In this document: one piece after another, positions 13,201-27,463 of the stretch
Layout: each line of letters opens with the position of its first letter
How positions within the stretch are numbered: position 1 is the first letter of the stretch
Assembly: GCA_032718475.1 (NCBI GenBank)
Contig: JAUCBJ010004375.1
Location: 1-64,000, forward strand
Source: Nemertoderma westbladi
Lineage: Eukaryota; Animalia; Xenacoelomorpha
Direction: 5' to 3'
Length of the DNA: 64,000 nt
The notes under the pieces: model-generated
Seen by the model: only the letters and a program-made list of their open reading frames with translations
Told to the model about the DNA's origin: nothing
Database searches by the model: none
Position numbers and translations under genes: made by a program

Positions 13201-16200
13201 TGTTCCTCAGTTAGTTTAACCGCTCTCCTAACCGTTGTTGTTTCTCAATTAGTTTAACCGCTGTTCTAACCTGTGTTCCTCAGTTAGTTTAACCGTTGTT
13301 CTATCCTTTGTTCCTCAGTTAGTTTAACCCCTGTCCCAACTTTCATTCCTCAGTTAGTTTAACCGCTGTCCCAACCTTTGTCCCTCAGTTAGTTTAACCG
13401 GTGTTCTAACCTTTGTTCCTCAGTTAGTTTAACCGCTATACAAACCTTTGTTCCTCAGTTAGTTTAACCGCTGTCCCAACCTTTATTCCCCAGTTAGTTT
13501 AACAGCTGTCCCAACCTTTGTTCCTTAGTTAGTTTAACCGCTGTCCTAAGCTTTGTTCATCAGTTAGTGTAACCGATGTCCTATCCTAACCTTTGTTCCT
13601 CAGTTAGTTTAACCGATGTCCTAACCTTTGTTCCTCAGTTAGTTTAACCACTGTACTAACCTTTGTTCCTTAGTTAGTTTAACCGCTGTCCTAAGCTTTG
13701 TTCATCAGTTAGTCTAACCGATGTCCTATCCTAACCGTTGTTCCTCAGTTAGTTTAACCGATGTCCTAACCTTTGTTCCTCAGTTAGTTTAACCGCTATA
13801 CTAACCTTTGTTCATCAGTTAGTTTAACCGCTGTCCTAACTTTGTTCCTCAGTTAGTTTAACCGCTGTCCTAACCTTTGTTCCCCAGTTAGATTAACCGC
13901 TATCCTAACCTTTGTTCCTCAGTTAGTTTAACCGATGTCCTATCCTAACCTTTGTTCCTCAGTTAGTTTAACCGATGTCCTAACCTTTGTTCCTCAGTTA
14001 GTTCAACCGATGTCCTAACCTTTGTTCCTCGGTTAGTTTAACCACTGTCCTAACCTTTGTTCCTCAGTTAGTTTAACCGCTGTCCTAACCTTTGTTCCCC
14101 AGTTAGATTAACCGCTATCCTAACCTTTGTTTCTCAGTTAGTTTAACCGCTATACTAACCTTTGTTCCTCAGTTAGTTTAACCGCTGTCCCAACCTTTGT
14201 TCCTTAGTTAGTTTAACCGATGTCCTAACCGTTGTTCCTCAGTTAGTTTAACCGCTGTTCTAACCTTTGTTCCCCAGTTAGTTTAACCGCTATCCTAACC
14301 TTTGTTCCTCAGTTAGTTTAACCGATGTCCTATCCTAACCTTTGTTCCTCAGTTAGTTTAACCGATGTCCTATCCTAACCTTTGTTCCTCAGTTAGTTTA
14401 ACCGATGTCCTAACCTTTTTTCCTTAGTTAGTTTAACCGATGTCCTAACCGTTGTTCCTCAGTTAGTTTAACCGCTGTTCTAACCTTTGTTCCCCAGTTA
14501 GTTTAACCGCTGTCCTAACCTTTGCTCCCCAGTTAGATTAACCGCTATCCTAACCTTTGTTTCTCAGTTAGTTTAACCGCTATCCTAACCGTTGTTGTTT
14601 CTCAATTAGTTTATCCGATGTCCCAACCTTTTTTCCTTAGTTAGTTTAACCGATGTCCTAACCGTTGTTCGTCAGTTAGTTTAACCACTGTACTAACCTT
14701 TGTTCCTCAGTTAGTTTAACCACTGTACTAACCTTTGTTCCCCAGTTAGTTTAACCGCTATCCTAACCTTTGTTCCTCAGTTAGTTTAACCGCTATCCTA
14801 ACCGTTGTTGTTTCTCAATTAGTTTATCCGATGTCCCAACCTTTTTTCCTTAGTTAGTTTAACCGATGTCCTAACCGTTGTTCCTCAGTTAGTTTAACCG
14901 CTGTTCTAACCTTTGTTCCCCAGTTAGTTTAACCGATATCCTAACCTTTGTTCCTCAGTTAGTTTAACCGATGTCCTATCCTAACCTTTGTTCCTCAGTT
15001 AGTTTAACCGATGTCCTATCCTAACCTTTGTTCCTCAGTTAGTTTAACCGATGTCCTAACCTTTGTTCCTCAGTTAGTTCAACCGATGTCCTAACCTTTG
15101 TTCCTCGGTTAGTTTAACCACTGTCCTAACCTTTGTTCCTCAGTTAGTTTAACCGCTGTCCTAACCTTTGTTCCCCAGTTAGATTAACCGCTATCCTAAC
15201 CTTTGTTTCTCAGTTAGTTTAACCGCTATCCTAACCGTTGTTGTTTCTCAATTAGTTTATCCGATGTCCCAACCTTTTTTCCTTAGTTAGTTTAACCGAT
15301 GTCCTAACCGTTGTTCCTCAGTTAGTTTAACCACTGTACTAACCTTTGTTCCTCAGTTAGTTTAACCACTGTACTAACCTTTGTTCCCCAGTTAGTTTAA
15401 CCGCTATCCTAACCTTTGTTCCTCAGTTAGTTTAACCGCTATCCTAACCGTTGTTGTTTCTCAATTAGTTTATCCGATGTCCCAACCTTTGTTCCTCAGT
15501 TAGTTTAACCGATGTCCTAACCGTTTTTCCTCAGATAGTTTAACCGCTGTTCTAACCTTTGTTCCTCAGTTAGTTTAACCGCTATACTAACCTTTGTTCC
15601 TCAGTTAGTTTAACCGCTATACTAACCTTTGTTCCTCAGTTAGTTTAACCGATGTCCTAACCTTTGTTCCTCAGTTAGTTTAACCCCTGTCCCAACTTTT
15701 ATTCCTCAGTTAGTTTAACCGCAGTCCCAACCTTTGTTCCTCAGTTAGTTTAACCGATGTCCTAACCTTTGTTCCTCAGTTAGTTTAAAATATGTCCCAA
15801 CCTTTAATCCTCAGTTAGTTTAACCGCTGTTCTAACCTTTGTTCCTCAGTTAGTTTAACCCCTGTCCCAACTTTTATTCCTCAGTTAGTTTAACCGCTGT
15901 CCCAACCTTTGTTCCTTAGTTAGTTTAACCGATGTCCTAGCCTTTGTTCCTTAGTTAGTTTAACCGATGTCCCAACCTTTGTTCCTCAGTTAGTTTAACC
16001 CCTGTCCCAACTTTTATTCCTCAGTTAGTTTAACCGCAGTCCCAACCTTTGTTCCTTAGTTAGTTTAACCGATGTCCTAGCCTTTGTTCCTTAGTTAGTT
16101 TAACCGATGTCCCAACCTTTGTTCCTCAGTTAGTTTAACCCCTGTCCCAACTTTTATTCCTCAGTTAGTTTAACCGCTATACTAACCTTTGTTCCTCAGT

Positions 16201-18182
16201 TAGTTTAACCGCTATACTAACCTTTGATCCTCAGTTAGTTTAACCGCTGTCCCAACCTTTGTTCCTTAGTTAGTTTAACCGCTGTTCTAACCTTTGTTCC
16301 TCAGTTAGTTTAACCGCTATACTAACCTTTGTTCCTCAGTTAGTTTAACAGCTGTCCCAACCTTTGTTCATTAGTTAGTTTAACCGATGTCCTAACCTTT
16401 GTTCCTTAGTTAGTTTAACCGATGTCCCAACCTTTATTCCTCAGTTAGTTTAACCGCTGTTCTAACCTTTGTTCCTCAGTTAGTTTAACCCCTGTCCCAA
16501 CTTTTATTCCTCAGTTAGTTTAACCGCTATACTAACCTTTGTTCCTCAGTTAGTTTAACCGCTATACTAACCTTTGTTCCTCAGTTAGTTTAACCGTTAT
16601 ACTAACCTTTGTTCCTCAGTTAGTTTAACCGATGTCCTAACCTTTGTTCCTCAGTTAGTTTAACCCCTGTCCCAACTTTTATTCCTCAGTTAGTTTAACC
16701 GCAGTCCCAACCTTTGTTCCTCCGTTAGTTTAACCGATGTCCTAACCTTTGTTCCTCAGTTAGTTTAAAATATGTCCCAACCTTTGTTCCTCAGTTAGTT
16801 TAACCACTGTACTAACCTTTGTTCCTCAGTTAGTTTAACCACCATTCTAACCTTTGTTCCTCAGTTAGTTTAACCGCTGTCCCAACCTTTGTTCCTTAGT
16901 TAGTTTAACCGCTGTCATAGGCTTTGTTCATCAGTTAGTGTAACCGATGTCCTATCCTAACCTTTGTTCCTCAGTTAGTTTAACCACTGTACTAAACTTT
17001 GTTCCTCAGTTAGTTTAACCACTGTTCTAACCTTTGTTCCTCAGTTAGTTTAACCGCTGTCCTAACCTTTGTTCCCCAGTTAGTTTAACCGCTATCCTAA
17101 CCTTTGTTCCTCAGTTAGTTTAACCGCTATCCTAACCGTTGTTGTTTCTCAATTAGTTTATCCGATGTCCCAACCTTTGTTCCTTAGTTAGTTTAACCGA
17201 TGTCCTAACCTTTGTTCCTCAGTTAGTTTAACCGCTGTCCTAACCTTTGTTCCTCAGTTAGTTTAACCACTGTACTAACCTTTGTTCCTCAGTTAGTTTA
17301 ACCACTGTTCTAACCTTTGTTCCTCAGTTAGTTTAACCGCTATCCCAACCTTTGTTCCTCAGTTAGTTTAACCGCTGTCCTAACCTTTGTTCCCCAGTTA
17401 GTTTAACCGCTATCCCAACCTTTGTTCCTCAGTTAGTTTAACCACTGTAATAACCTTTGTTCCTCAGTTAGTTTAACCACTGTTCTAACCTTTGTTCCTC
17501 AGTTAGTTTAACCGCTATACTAACCTTTGTTCCTCAGTTAGTTTAACCGATGTCCCAACCTTTGTTCCTCAGTTAGTTTAACCCCTGTCCCAACTTTTAT
17601 TCCTCAGTTAGTTTAACCGCTATACTAACCTTTGTTCCTCAGTTAGTTTAATCTTTGCACGCTAACATTTGTTCCTCACTGTAACTGCTATGTCCTAACC
17701 TTTGTTCCTCAGTTAGTTTAACCGCTGTCCCAACCTTTGTTTCTTAGTTAGTTTAACCGCTGTTCTAACCTTTGTTCCTCAGTTAGTTTAACCGCTATAC
17801 TAACCTTTGTTCCTCAGTTAGTTTAACCCCTGTCCCAACTTTTATTCCTCAGTTAGTTTAACCGCTGTCCCAACCTTTGTTCCTCAGTTAGTTTAACCGA
17901 TGTCCTATCCTTTGTTCCTCAGTTAGTTTAACCGATGTCCCAACCTTTGTTCCTCAGTTAGTTTAACCACTGTACTAACCTTTGTTCCTCAGTTAGTTTA
18001 ACCACTATTCTAACCTTTGTTCCTCAGTTAGTTTAACCGCTTCCCCAACCTTTGTTCCTTAGTTAGTTTAACCACTGTCATAAGCTTTGTTCATCAGTTA
18101 GTGTAACCGATGTCCTATCCTAACCTTTGTTCCTCAGTTAGTTTAACTGATGTCCTAACCTTTATTCCTCAGTTAGTTTAAC
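10201..18182. repeat. 35-bp satellite array, about 228 copies, with higher-order blocks
   Basis: Unit TTCCTCAGTTAGTTTAACCRCTRTYCTAACCTTTG. Variant blocks recur, e.g. 11641 and 12131 are 490 bp (14 units) apart. The array ends abruptly at the LTR of element A. Confidence 0.97.
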
Positions 18183-19950
18183 TGTAAAACTATCTGCATA
18201 AGAATCCCCGACCAGGCAGATCTATATGTGAACTACTAATCAACGATTCCCGGGTCGAGATCTCCACAAAGAATATAATTTACCGCTATAGCGGGTCCTT
18301 ATCTGATCTACTAAACAGCCTCCCCAGAGTGTATATTTTCTAGGATAATCTATTGATAATTTCGAGTTCAATAAATATTTCAGGTTTTTATAAAAAACAT
18401 TTCCCATATGAACAGCAATTGCTGAATATGTAACAGTAACAATAAATGGATAACAAATTCACGCCAAACTGTTTATCTAAATTTACATCAGACTTACCGT
18501 AATTCTAAAAATTGCAAATATCTCGGCAAGAATTGTCTAATTGTCCTTGTCAGCTAGGATACAGTGCCTAAATTGTCCATAGCGCAAGTTAGTTGTATAG
18601 TGGCAAATAACTAATTTCCACCTAATATAGAATAATTCCTAACAGTCTGTCAGTCATGCACAGCAGAATATATTCCAACATTCCAGAATATGACATTCCA
18701 GAACACAAAATTATGTATAAGTAAACAAATTAATTCTACACCACCCTGCACAGTAACCAAGGAACTCAACTGATGCTGCCTGGAACCCAACAACCAATCA
18801 AATGTCGGCTCACGCATAGCAACCACGAATTGAGCTCCTATAATCTCTTGCCAAGGCTACGCTAAACTGAGGTATAGAATTATTCACCTATAAATAACTA
18901 TTGGCTTATTTTCTGCTGTTGCGTTGTGCGTGTTTTTTGCTTCGCTGTGCGGATTGTTCAATTTTCATACGGGTGTCCTAAATTTTGTAAGGCTGGTGAA
19001 ATGTAAGACAGCTAAAGTTGATGACCTACACCTGACAAATGTTTCTCCCATTTACTCGTAATGATGCTCTAACCTGACTTCCCTTGACTATTAGTATCCG
19101 TGCGACTATGGTTGTTCAGCCGCTTGTATCCATGTTTCCCAACCTTCCGGCCCACGTAAATGACGCTTAGCTCGTCATGTTGTAAATGTTTTAACCGATA
19201 ACATTGTTGAAAATAAGATCTAATTGAAGTTAGAACTCAAGATAGTATAATCTGATACTTAAATTCACAAAATAATTACTTCCAAACACGAACGAAATAC
19301 AGGTAATTATAAGATTGTAAATTCTATTTGTGAATATTTCTAAAAGTAATATAATATTAATCTGCCCTACTAACTGACTAAATGACTAACTTACTAACTT
19401 ACTAACTTATTGCAAAAGAGGGGGTGGGCCCTTTTATACCACAACGTTGACACCTAATCACGTTATATCGAATCACATTTAAGCTTAACTAGTATGTATC
19501 CCTTAGCAACCTATGCATTCATATGTTAGTGAAGCAAAGGTGGCAAACATCCAACAATGAAGGGCTAAACAATAAATTTGATCATAACATTGTTATCTGC
19601 CGGTCCTGTCCTAACATATTAGTATTTCTCCTCTAAAGACATGAATCAGTGCGAGTATAGGTCCCATCAATAGAGCAAAGGCAACGCCTTCCAGCGGTCA
19701 ATATAGAAATTGCACTGAATATTTTATTAAATCTGAGATAACATGGTGGGGCGAGCCACGAAAGTAAAGGAACGGCTTAATACCGATAAAAATAAAATTA
19801 TCCTTCGGTGTTTCTTAAAAATATACTTCACTTCCTATTCATAAGTAAGATAATATAAATCATGGCAAATATTTCCATTTACTAAAAATTCTACTATTAT
19901 TAAGCAATTATTGTTAATAGCAAATTAAGTACCGACACAAAATCAATACA
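18183..19950 (-). repeat. 3' LTR of element A (1768 bp)
   Basis: Sense reads TGTATTGATT...GTTTTACA. The boundary at 19950 is inferred from the adjacent GGAGCGG tract (19957-19951), the same PPT as in B and D. Sense TATAAAAG at 19438-19431. Confidence 0.85.
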
Positions 19951-21781
19951 CCGCTCCAGGTTACGTCGTGTTACTATAACAACGAATAACCTCCAGTACC
20001 GTGTTCACCGTATCACCTTACAAATAAACTAACTAATATCTAAATAAACAAGTATAAATTCTTACATAACACTTCCTTCGAGCGAACATATACACAAATA
20101 CACTTCCATTGCAGTGTTAGCAATTATTATATAGGTAAACAATCGAATCATAGAGCAGAAAATATCGAATAAAACTAACTTAAACTTCGATTCAATTATC
20201 ATATAATTATTAATACACTCATAGGTTTACAAATCACCTCGGTTAATGTACTAATTAATAGTTAAATATTGCAAAACTAGTTGAAATAGTATGCCATAAC
20301 TCTTGTTAATTACATTCATTAGCAATGCATTGTGCTTACATAATATTGTTAGAAATATGGGAAAAATTCAGATTGTTAGATTTATAATTACATCTTAGTT
20401 ATAATTCACCCTTGCGAGCAAAACTAAAATAATTATAAAATACAATTAATTACCTAGAGGTTAGAACATAGGTAATTTCATGGATTGAAAATAAACTATA
20501 ACACAAACAATTATAAGTATTATTATAAGTTGTAATAAACGCGCGCGCATCGATATCATAGGTCACGGGATACCACATACAGAACGAATCTAGTATAGTG
20601 GTCTTCAGGATTATCAAGGGCATTGTAAATTAGTTGAAAGTATGCCGAGTTTCGTTATTAACAAGATATCTCGGAATTGTCCTGTTTGAGCGGAATATTA
20701 ACTATACAGGACCTCGAAGGGGCCAATCACGACAAACCTCACGGCATGGATATGGAATTGCATACGCTGGTTATCTCTGGTTATGATACCTTACCCTAAT
20801 CCTGGTTTAACGCGCAAATGTGACACGTCGGTCACATGTTCAACTTTATCCATCATACGTACTGCGAAAGGTTGGGCCACCAAAAGGATACATTCCAGAA
20901 AGTGAGAACCTTATACCTCTTCTGCGCCCAATAGATTGGTTGGTTGTGGTTTTCTACTGATCGTAACGGTAGTAGCGTAGCGGTAACGAAATTTCAAACT
21001 CTTCACATCCTTTGGATCAACTTCTACAGCATCCAAAACGGTCGCTTCCTATATGATGCAACCTCTTCCTTCAGTCGGTAACCCTCTCTCATGATTCTGC
21101 ATTAAACGCCGATGATTGTCAATGCACCATAGTCTTCTATAGCTTCTGTGAAACTTAAAAGAGTCTGATTAGTCTAGGTAGGAAAGGCTTTGAGTTCACC
21201 AGAGCATCTAGGGTCCACACCCGCCATGCTCAGTCAATGCCTTCTAGCTGTCTAAATTTTGAAAATAATTGCGCTCTAAATAACAACAAATTGTTATAAT
21301 TAAATGGACAGACAAACATTTTTGCATTTAAAAAAAATATAAATGATGTCAATTAATTTGTCACAAAGTTTGTCGGAAAAATGGGAAGTTCGTCAATAAA
21401 TTGATTCTGGGATTTGCTACTCCAACGTACGCTAGACGATATGCTCTCCCCAGGACAGCTGGACAGTAGTACCAATGTACGTGTGAGACAGGTCCTTCTC
21501 GATTATTATTTTTATTATTTCTAAAAACAAAATTTACACAACTCGTCATTATGGTCTCCTTTGGAAATTCCCATGTTATTATATTACGACTTATTTTTAT
21601 ATTTTACATTAGACAATCCAATGTGTGAAAGGAAATATAATTATTTACAACTCTTACTTTATTTCGTAGGCCTACAATGAAACTTAGTTCGAAATTCCAT
21701 TCAATGGCAATAATCCGCTCCTATGAACGAAATGAGTTCATATTAACAATGGAATTTCGATAGGCCCTAAACGTTTATATT

Positions 21782-23238
21782 TTAAGACAATGTCGAGACT
21801 GTAGAGATTTTATAATCTCTTGTCTTGTCTCGAAACTCTTCCAACAATACTAACTGTTGGACTGGTCGGTCAATCACTCGTCTGTCAATGGTTTTTACTG
21901 TGACAGTTCTAACTATTCCGTCTGTGTCTGGTTTTACCTTTGTAATTATTCCAGTTAGCCAGTAATGTCTCTTTAGATTTTTCTCCGCTAATAACACAAA
22001 GTCACCTTCCCTTAAATTACGTGTGCTGTTATACCACCTTGTACGGGTTGATATAGAAGGTAAATAGAACTTCTGCCAAATCTCCCAGAATCTGCTAGCA
22101 AGTAACTGAGTAACTTTCCAGCTCTTGGTGCTGTACAGGTCGCTATCAGCTGGGATTGAAGCAGGTACTAAAGGTGCTGGTGACTGCATCAAAAGGTGAT
22201 TTGGAGTTAATGTGATCGCATTATCGTCACTATCGACAGCTAGGGCTATAGGACGAGAGTTTAGCACGGATTCGATCTCGGCGAATAATGTTATTAATTG
22301 ATCATCATTGAGTGTTTTATTCATTGGAATGGTTTTGTTAATAGCGAGTTTAATAGAACGGATCATTCGTTCCCAAATACCTCCTCTTCATGGGCTGTCA
22401 GTGACGTTAAAGTTCCACTCAATGTGTTTCGGTGACAGTTCAGTTATTACCTGGTCATAGTCTATACTGTTTAAAGCCCGCTTTAACTCATTGTCTGCAC
22501 CAACGAAGTTAGAACCTCGATCAGAATAGAATGCGCGTACTAAACCACGTCTCGCTATAAATCTGCGAAGAGCTAAAATAAACGCATTAGTTGTCATATC
22601 AGATACACGTTCAATATGTATGGCTCTACTCGCGGTACAGGTAAATATTGCACCCCACCTTTTTATCATTACACGACCACGTTTGGCTTGAAAAGGCCCA
22701 AAACAATCGATGCCAGTATTGGTAAATGGCGGCTGGTGTGCTTGCACACGTGCTAGAGGTAGGTTGCTCATTTCTTGCTTTTCTAGTCTAGTGTGTAGTG
22801 TTTTACAAGTTATGCAATTACTCATTACGGATGTCAGTGCTTTGCTAGGTTTTATAAGAACAAAACGATTTCTTAGAAAAGACAGACAGTGTGCTCGACC
22901 AGCATGTTTCAGTTTTATATGTGCGTCTAAAATCAAAGCACGTTGTAATTCAAAGTGAGGTGGCATTATGATTGGGTAGAGGAAATTGTAAGAAATGTCA
23001 GCGGCTTGTAGTCTCGATTTATGACAAATAAGACCATTATATATAGTAGGACTCCACTTTACAAGCGACGATGGCGTCACAGCCTTCTTTTCAGTGATAA
23101 GTTGATATTCTCTCAAGAAATGTCTGAGCTGGTAATGTTGAATAATATCGAACTCTGCTCTATCTGTCTCTCCTATAGACAAATGTCTTGATAGGCCTCC
23201 ACGCCCACGCAGATTAGCGATACATTGTCTTATCCAGG
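21782..23238 (-). pseudogene. Element A pol C-terminal part: integrase with a premature stop
   Basis: HHCC (H...HAG...CITC), TGIDCFGP, YSDRGSNF, WERMIRS, LNSRP, TPNHLL and DGIVRTV...RPVQQL are typical BEL/Pao integrase motifs. TGA at 22390-22388 replaces the W of SPWRGG seen in D. Confidence 0.93.
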
Positions 23239-23243
23239 CTACC

Positions 23244-24477
23244 TGTTCGCGCTTTTGAAGACCTTTAGCAGTTTAACCTGCCAAAATTTATATGTCTTTT
23301 AGTTAATTAACACACCTTTAGCATACGACAATATTTTATGCTAATAAACAAAACATTAGCCGAAGCCAGCCCATGCGCGATCATTCACCCGATGGATCTA
23401 CACCCGGGAGGCTGAATTCGGATGCTTAGATTTTATTATTGCAGTGTAAGGTTGCAGTGTAAACCTATTGTATTATTCGATAGATCACTAATATGTAATT
23501 TCTGACAGATATTATTAACTTTCGGGAAATATTAACAGTTCCTTTAGGACGTGGCGCTCTATCTATTTAAACAGAGCTAGGACTTATACTAAACGCAACG
23601 ATAAGGCTTATGATTAAAGTATAAGTCGCATTCTTTAGGAAATGCTTTGTTACCAGTCACATCACACTCACAATCATGCACACTATTCTGCCGACCGTCA
23701 GTATATTTGATCACACATGAAGAGAACAGCAATTGACTCAGGTAGTGTCTACTAAATAACATTAGATTCAATACACACCACATTGATATAAATCGCAATT
23801 GTTAGGTATAGCCGGTCTCTCTAACCTGTAGTGTATCAAGAAAATTGGGAATTAGGGTGATTTATCCGTATTATCCAAAGAGCAATATTTCCATCAACAA
23901 ATAGGTACAATTAATAACTGACGGTAAATAGCAGTACAAACAATATGATTAGTGCAGTTAAATTAAGTGAGGTAACACCGCCGCCGGTAACAGTTATACT
24001 TTCTATAATCTAAGCAGTTTACTAGAGTTCTTCCCTAAAGGCCGGTGTTTCTGGCTTAGACAGCAATAACAACAAAGTATCAAGTAAAAACAGTAAGACT
24101 GAACACTCTCCTTATGATCGACTAAAAGCTACACGTCGACAGGAAAAACCGCCCTGATTGGCCCAAGCCAAACAAAGAACCACGCGTCCAATGGCTGTTT
24201 CCATGTCAGCAACCAGCTGCTAGATGTCGTAATATGAATCATCACGGCTAAGCTGTGAAAGGTAGTTGGTGCATTACAAGTTTTTGCCTTACCATGTCCG
24301 CCAAAATACGTATATAGCAGAATGATTTTTATGTCCGTTAAAACACCTGTAAAGGTACCTTGCGGGCGAGGGGAATATATATACAGTTAGAAAACCTTTT
24401 TAGAGTATTCCAGCGCCTGGGGGGAAACTGGATTGCGAAGCAAAAGGGGCCAGTTATATCCCACAGAAGCTTTTACA
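23244..24477 (-). repeat. 3' LTR of element B
   Basis: Direct repeat of 33950-35183. Confidence 0.96.
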
Positions 24478-24555
24478 CCGCTCCCAGAAAATGGGATTTA
24501 AGTCTATAAAATATACAAAATCACAGTTTCTCAAATACGAAAATACTCTAAACAG

Positions 24556-25844
24556 TTAGTCTTTCATGCGCGGACGGCGTTTACGCAGTTTTTTAAAGCT
24601 AGCCAGAGTCTTTTTCTCTTTGGGGCGAGCCACTTTACAAGGAGGGCTATAACTCATGGGTGAAGGGTGCAACATGATTGCATCAGAGGGTATAGGATTA
24701 TGGTCGGTGTATCCGCCAGTCGAAGTGCCGAGTTGATTGACATCAACGTCGGGGGAGAGGGGTCTAACGGCTTTGAGAGCTCGTTTCAAGACAGCCGCTC
24801 TTACGGGTCCTTTACGAGTGGTCTGAATGAGGGCCGTGGGTGGACCATAGGCAGTTAGAAACTTCCTTGGTTTAATGGTTTTTTCCAACTCGCGTTCGCG
24901 GGCTCGGTACTCGTAAGGCCGTCGATATACTTCCTGTAACTCGATATGCGTGATTTCTGTTCGACAGAAGCGAATAGATAAGGATGGAACGCATAAATTC
25001 CTTCGTAAGCGCGTCCAGGATAATAGCGATGGCGCGAATCACGATGTAAATCAGCGTTCGCTTCCCAAGCTCTAATGTAACGTAGTGTGATCATTTCATC
25101 TACGCTTTCCAAATCGCGATTAAAAGGGCAATCGAAACTGGCGTGTCCCTTTAGTGGACAGTGGTGACATTGAGTCATAAATTGAGGGCAAACCGCAAAA
25201 ATATGCAAATTATTAAATCTGCAATACGCTCAATAAATTTCCATCGCCGGTTGTTCGTGGAAATAGGAACAGCGGACGTTTGTGTCCATGGGCGTAACAT
25301 GGTCTCTCGATGCGCATAACCGACAACGCTGCCGAGAAACATAGTTGGCATGGCGATAATCGTACGCAGTGAGACACTGTGGACCTTGATACCATTCTAG
25401 GATGTAATCGTTGTCGCTGTTCCGAGCGCGATAGGCTGAATCTCCTCAGATTCTAGACATATTGGTTCGTCTTCCCAGTCTGTTACGAATAGAATTTTCG
25501 TGATCTATTCTCGTTTTATCGTTACGACGCCGCTGGGTATGATATTTAAATAGAACCATTTCCCTTTCGGTGTCTACATCGTCCGTATCATGTAAATCGA
25601 TAGGATGGCCGGTAGTTAGGAAGTCCATATACGTACCATTGCGATTCGTATAGCGAGCGGTGAATTTTCTATAGTCCGCTTCACGCGTAAGTTGTTCCTG
25701 GGACATCGGCGGTTCGATATAACGACCATCGTCCTCCGTAATAGTCGGATCGGCTTCACCGCGTATCAAGCTATCCACAAACGCTTGCAAAGGTAGATTA
25801 TATCGCTCTCTAATACCAAGGTCATCTTCTATCAATTCCGTCAT
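24556..25844 (-). pseudogene. Element B accessory ORF with zinc-knuckle region, homologous to the C-terminus of the D accessory ORF
   Basis: One frame from 25844 reads ...QRCRLCASRDH...IY*AYCRFNNLHIFAVCPQFMTQCHHCPLKGHASFDC...WEANADLH, aligning with D RRCKLCGSTRH...VCRWCNETDHSFHTCTVFISQCGYCGVKGHRSARC...WEGVADYH. Two in-frame TGAs and a likely frameshift near 24880. Confidence 0.75.
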
Positions 25845-27463
25845 ATCTGCTATCTGAGTTTATTAATATCAATATGAGTTAATATTTTAGGCAAGCGGGC
25901 GTCGCTGCCTACTAGGCTTTGCCCCCGGACAGTGGGTTTCTCAGCGCCGATGTACCGCTGTCGCAGTGTTTGCGCCAACATGTAGCAACAGCACGACAAC
26001 GATAATCGACACAAGTCCCACCACTGTCCGTCCCAAAGGCTTGATTCCACTTGAGGTTATCTCGGTAGAGTTAGGGCTACTTTACAATTGCGATTAGCTA
26101 CTGTAAACACACTTTAGTAGTAACATTCACCTATAAACGCACAAATTCCATACAATCATTACTTACTGCACACATGCATGCCATTTGTCCGTTAGTCAGT
26201 GTCTTCCAGAATGTCACGTTATTACTATGTATCCTTGGATACTAATAGTGCGCTATGTATACTCTTATGCTACGCAATGGGGCAAGCTTTTATTGGTCCT
26301 TTAACTTGTTTCTAATTCTAGCGTGGGTGTTGCCATGGTGACATTATGGAAAACTAGCGGTAGAATTAGGGCAATCCTCAGGCATACAGATCTGGGATGT
26401 TATTTAATAGTAATTCTTTAATTGTCAATATCCTCTTTATGCATGATTTTATAAATTTTATCGGCTATTGACTATATGTTGGAGATTCTCGCGCTCTAGT
26501 ACACTCAATATGAATCTCCGCTCCCATGATCTATTAATTACTGGAATTTTGGGAATGTTGTAAATTGCACAAAATGGCAATTTATGAAATTCATTCGAAT
26601 ATGAATTTAAATTTATTCCCGTGAATTTTATTATTTGATGTTAAATTGACACAAATTTTATTCCAGAGCATATCTGGGGACTTAGGATCCTTAATTCTAT
26701 AAAATAGTCCTTCTAAGAATATCGGTAAATACTGCGATATCTTAATTGACTAGAAATTTTAAAGGATCGGGATTTTACAGATTTTAATAAATATTAAATT
26801 AATATTTAGGATGGGCACCGATTTATTCCAGAACTTGTCTGGGGACGTTAACCACTGATTCTAGAATTTGTCTTTCAAGTATATCGGTGGGTGCCACGAT
26901 ATCTTAATCGACTAGAATTACAGATGGTCAAAAGTTTAACAGATTTATTTGCGATTTACGCTACTGTTAGAGGGACATCACGCTACTATATGTATTATTT
27001 GTTATAAGGTAGAAGAGCAATATCGCACGAAGCAATGTCAGTGTGAAGAGGCAAGTCGTTTCCAAGGTCTACCCAGAGCTTGGTTTAGCCGAGACACGAG
27101 GATCTGAACTTTGCATTCCTAATACTCTGCCTACCAATAATACTTAAATATAGTAGTGGCTTTATTGTACTTTAAGAAGTACTGACATGTCATCTTACTA
27201 TAGTCTCGCATTTATAATATAATACGGACAGTAAGGAAAGAGAAAAATAATTATTTCTTGCCGTCGCACTAAATATATTGTAAGTAATTAAATACGTAAT
27301 AAACACTAATATATTGCACTAATTTACTAAATATTCTAAAATAACCTTCTACTAAATAAAATTAAAGAAAACGATTATAATAAAATTACATAATAATACA
27401 TACATAAATAGAAAATAAAAACAAATATAAAATGATATAGTCACACGCCCACTCCACATGCTA

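Noticed and set aside
10201-18182. CRISPR-like array
   Set aside because: Contiguous 35-bp units without unique spacers, no cas genes, eukaryotic intron.
23589-23798. 69-aa ORF duplicated at 34295-34504
   Set aside because: The duplication only reflects the two LTRs of B. Non-ATG start and no motif.
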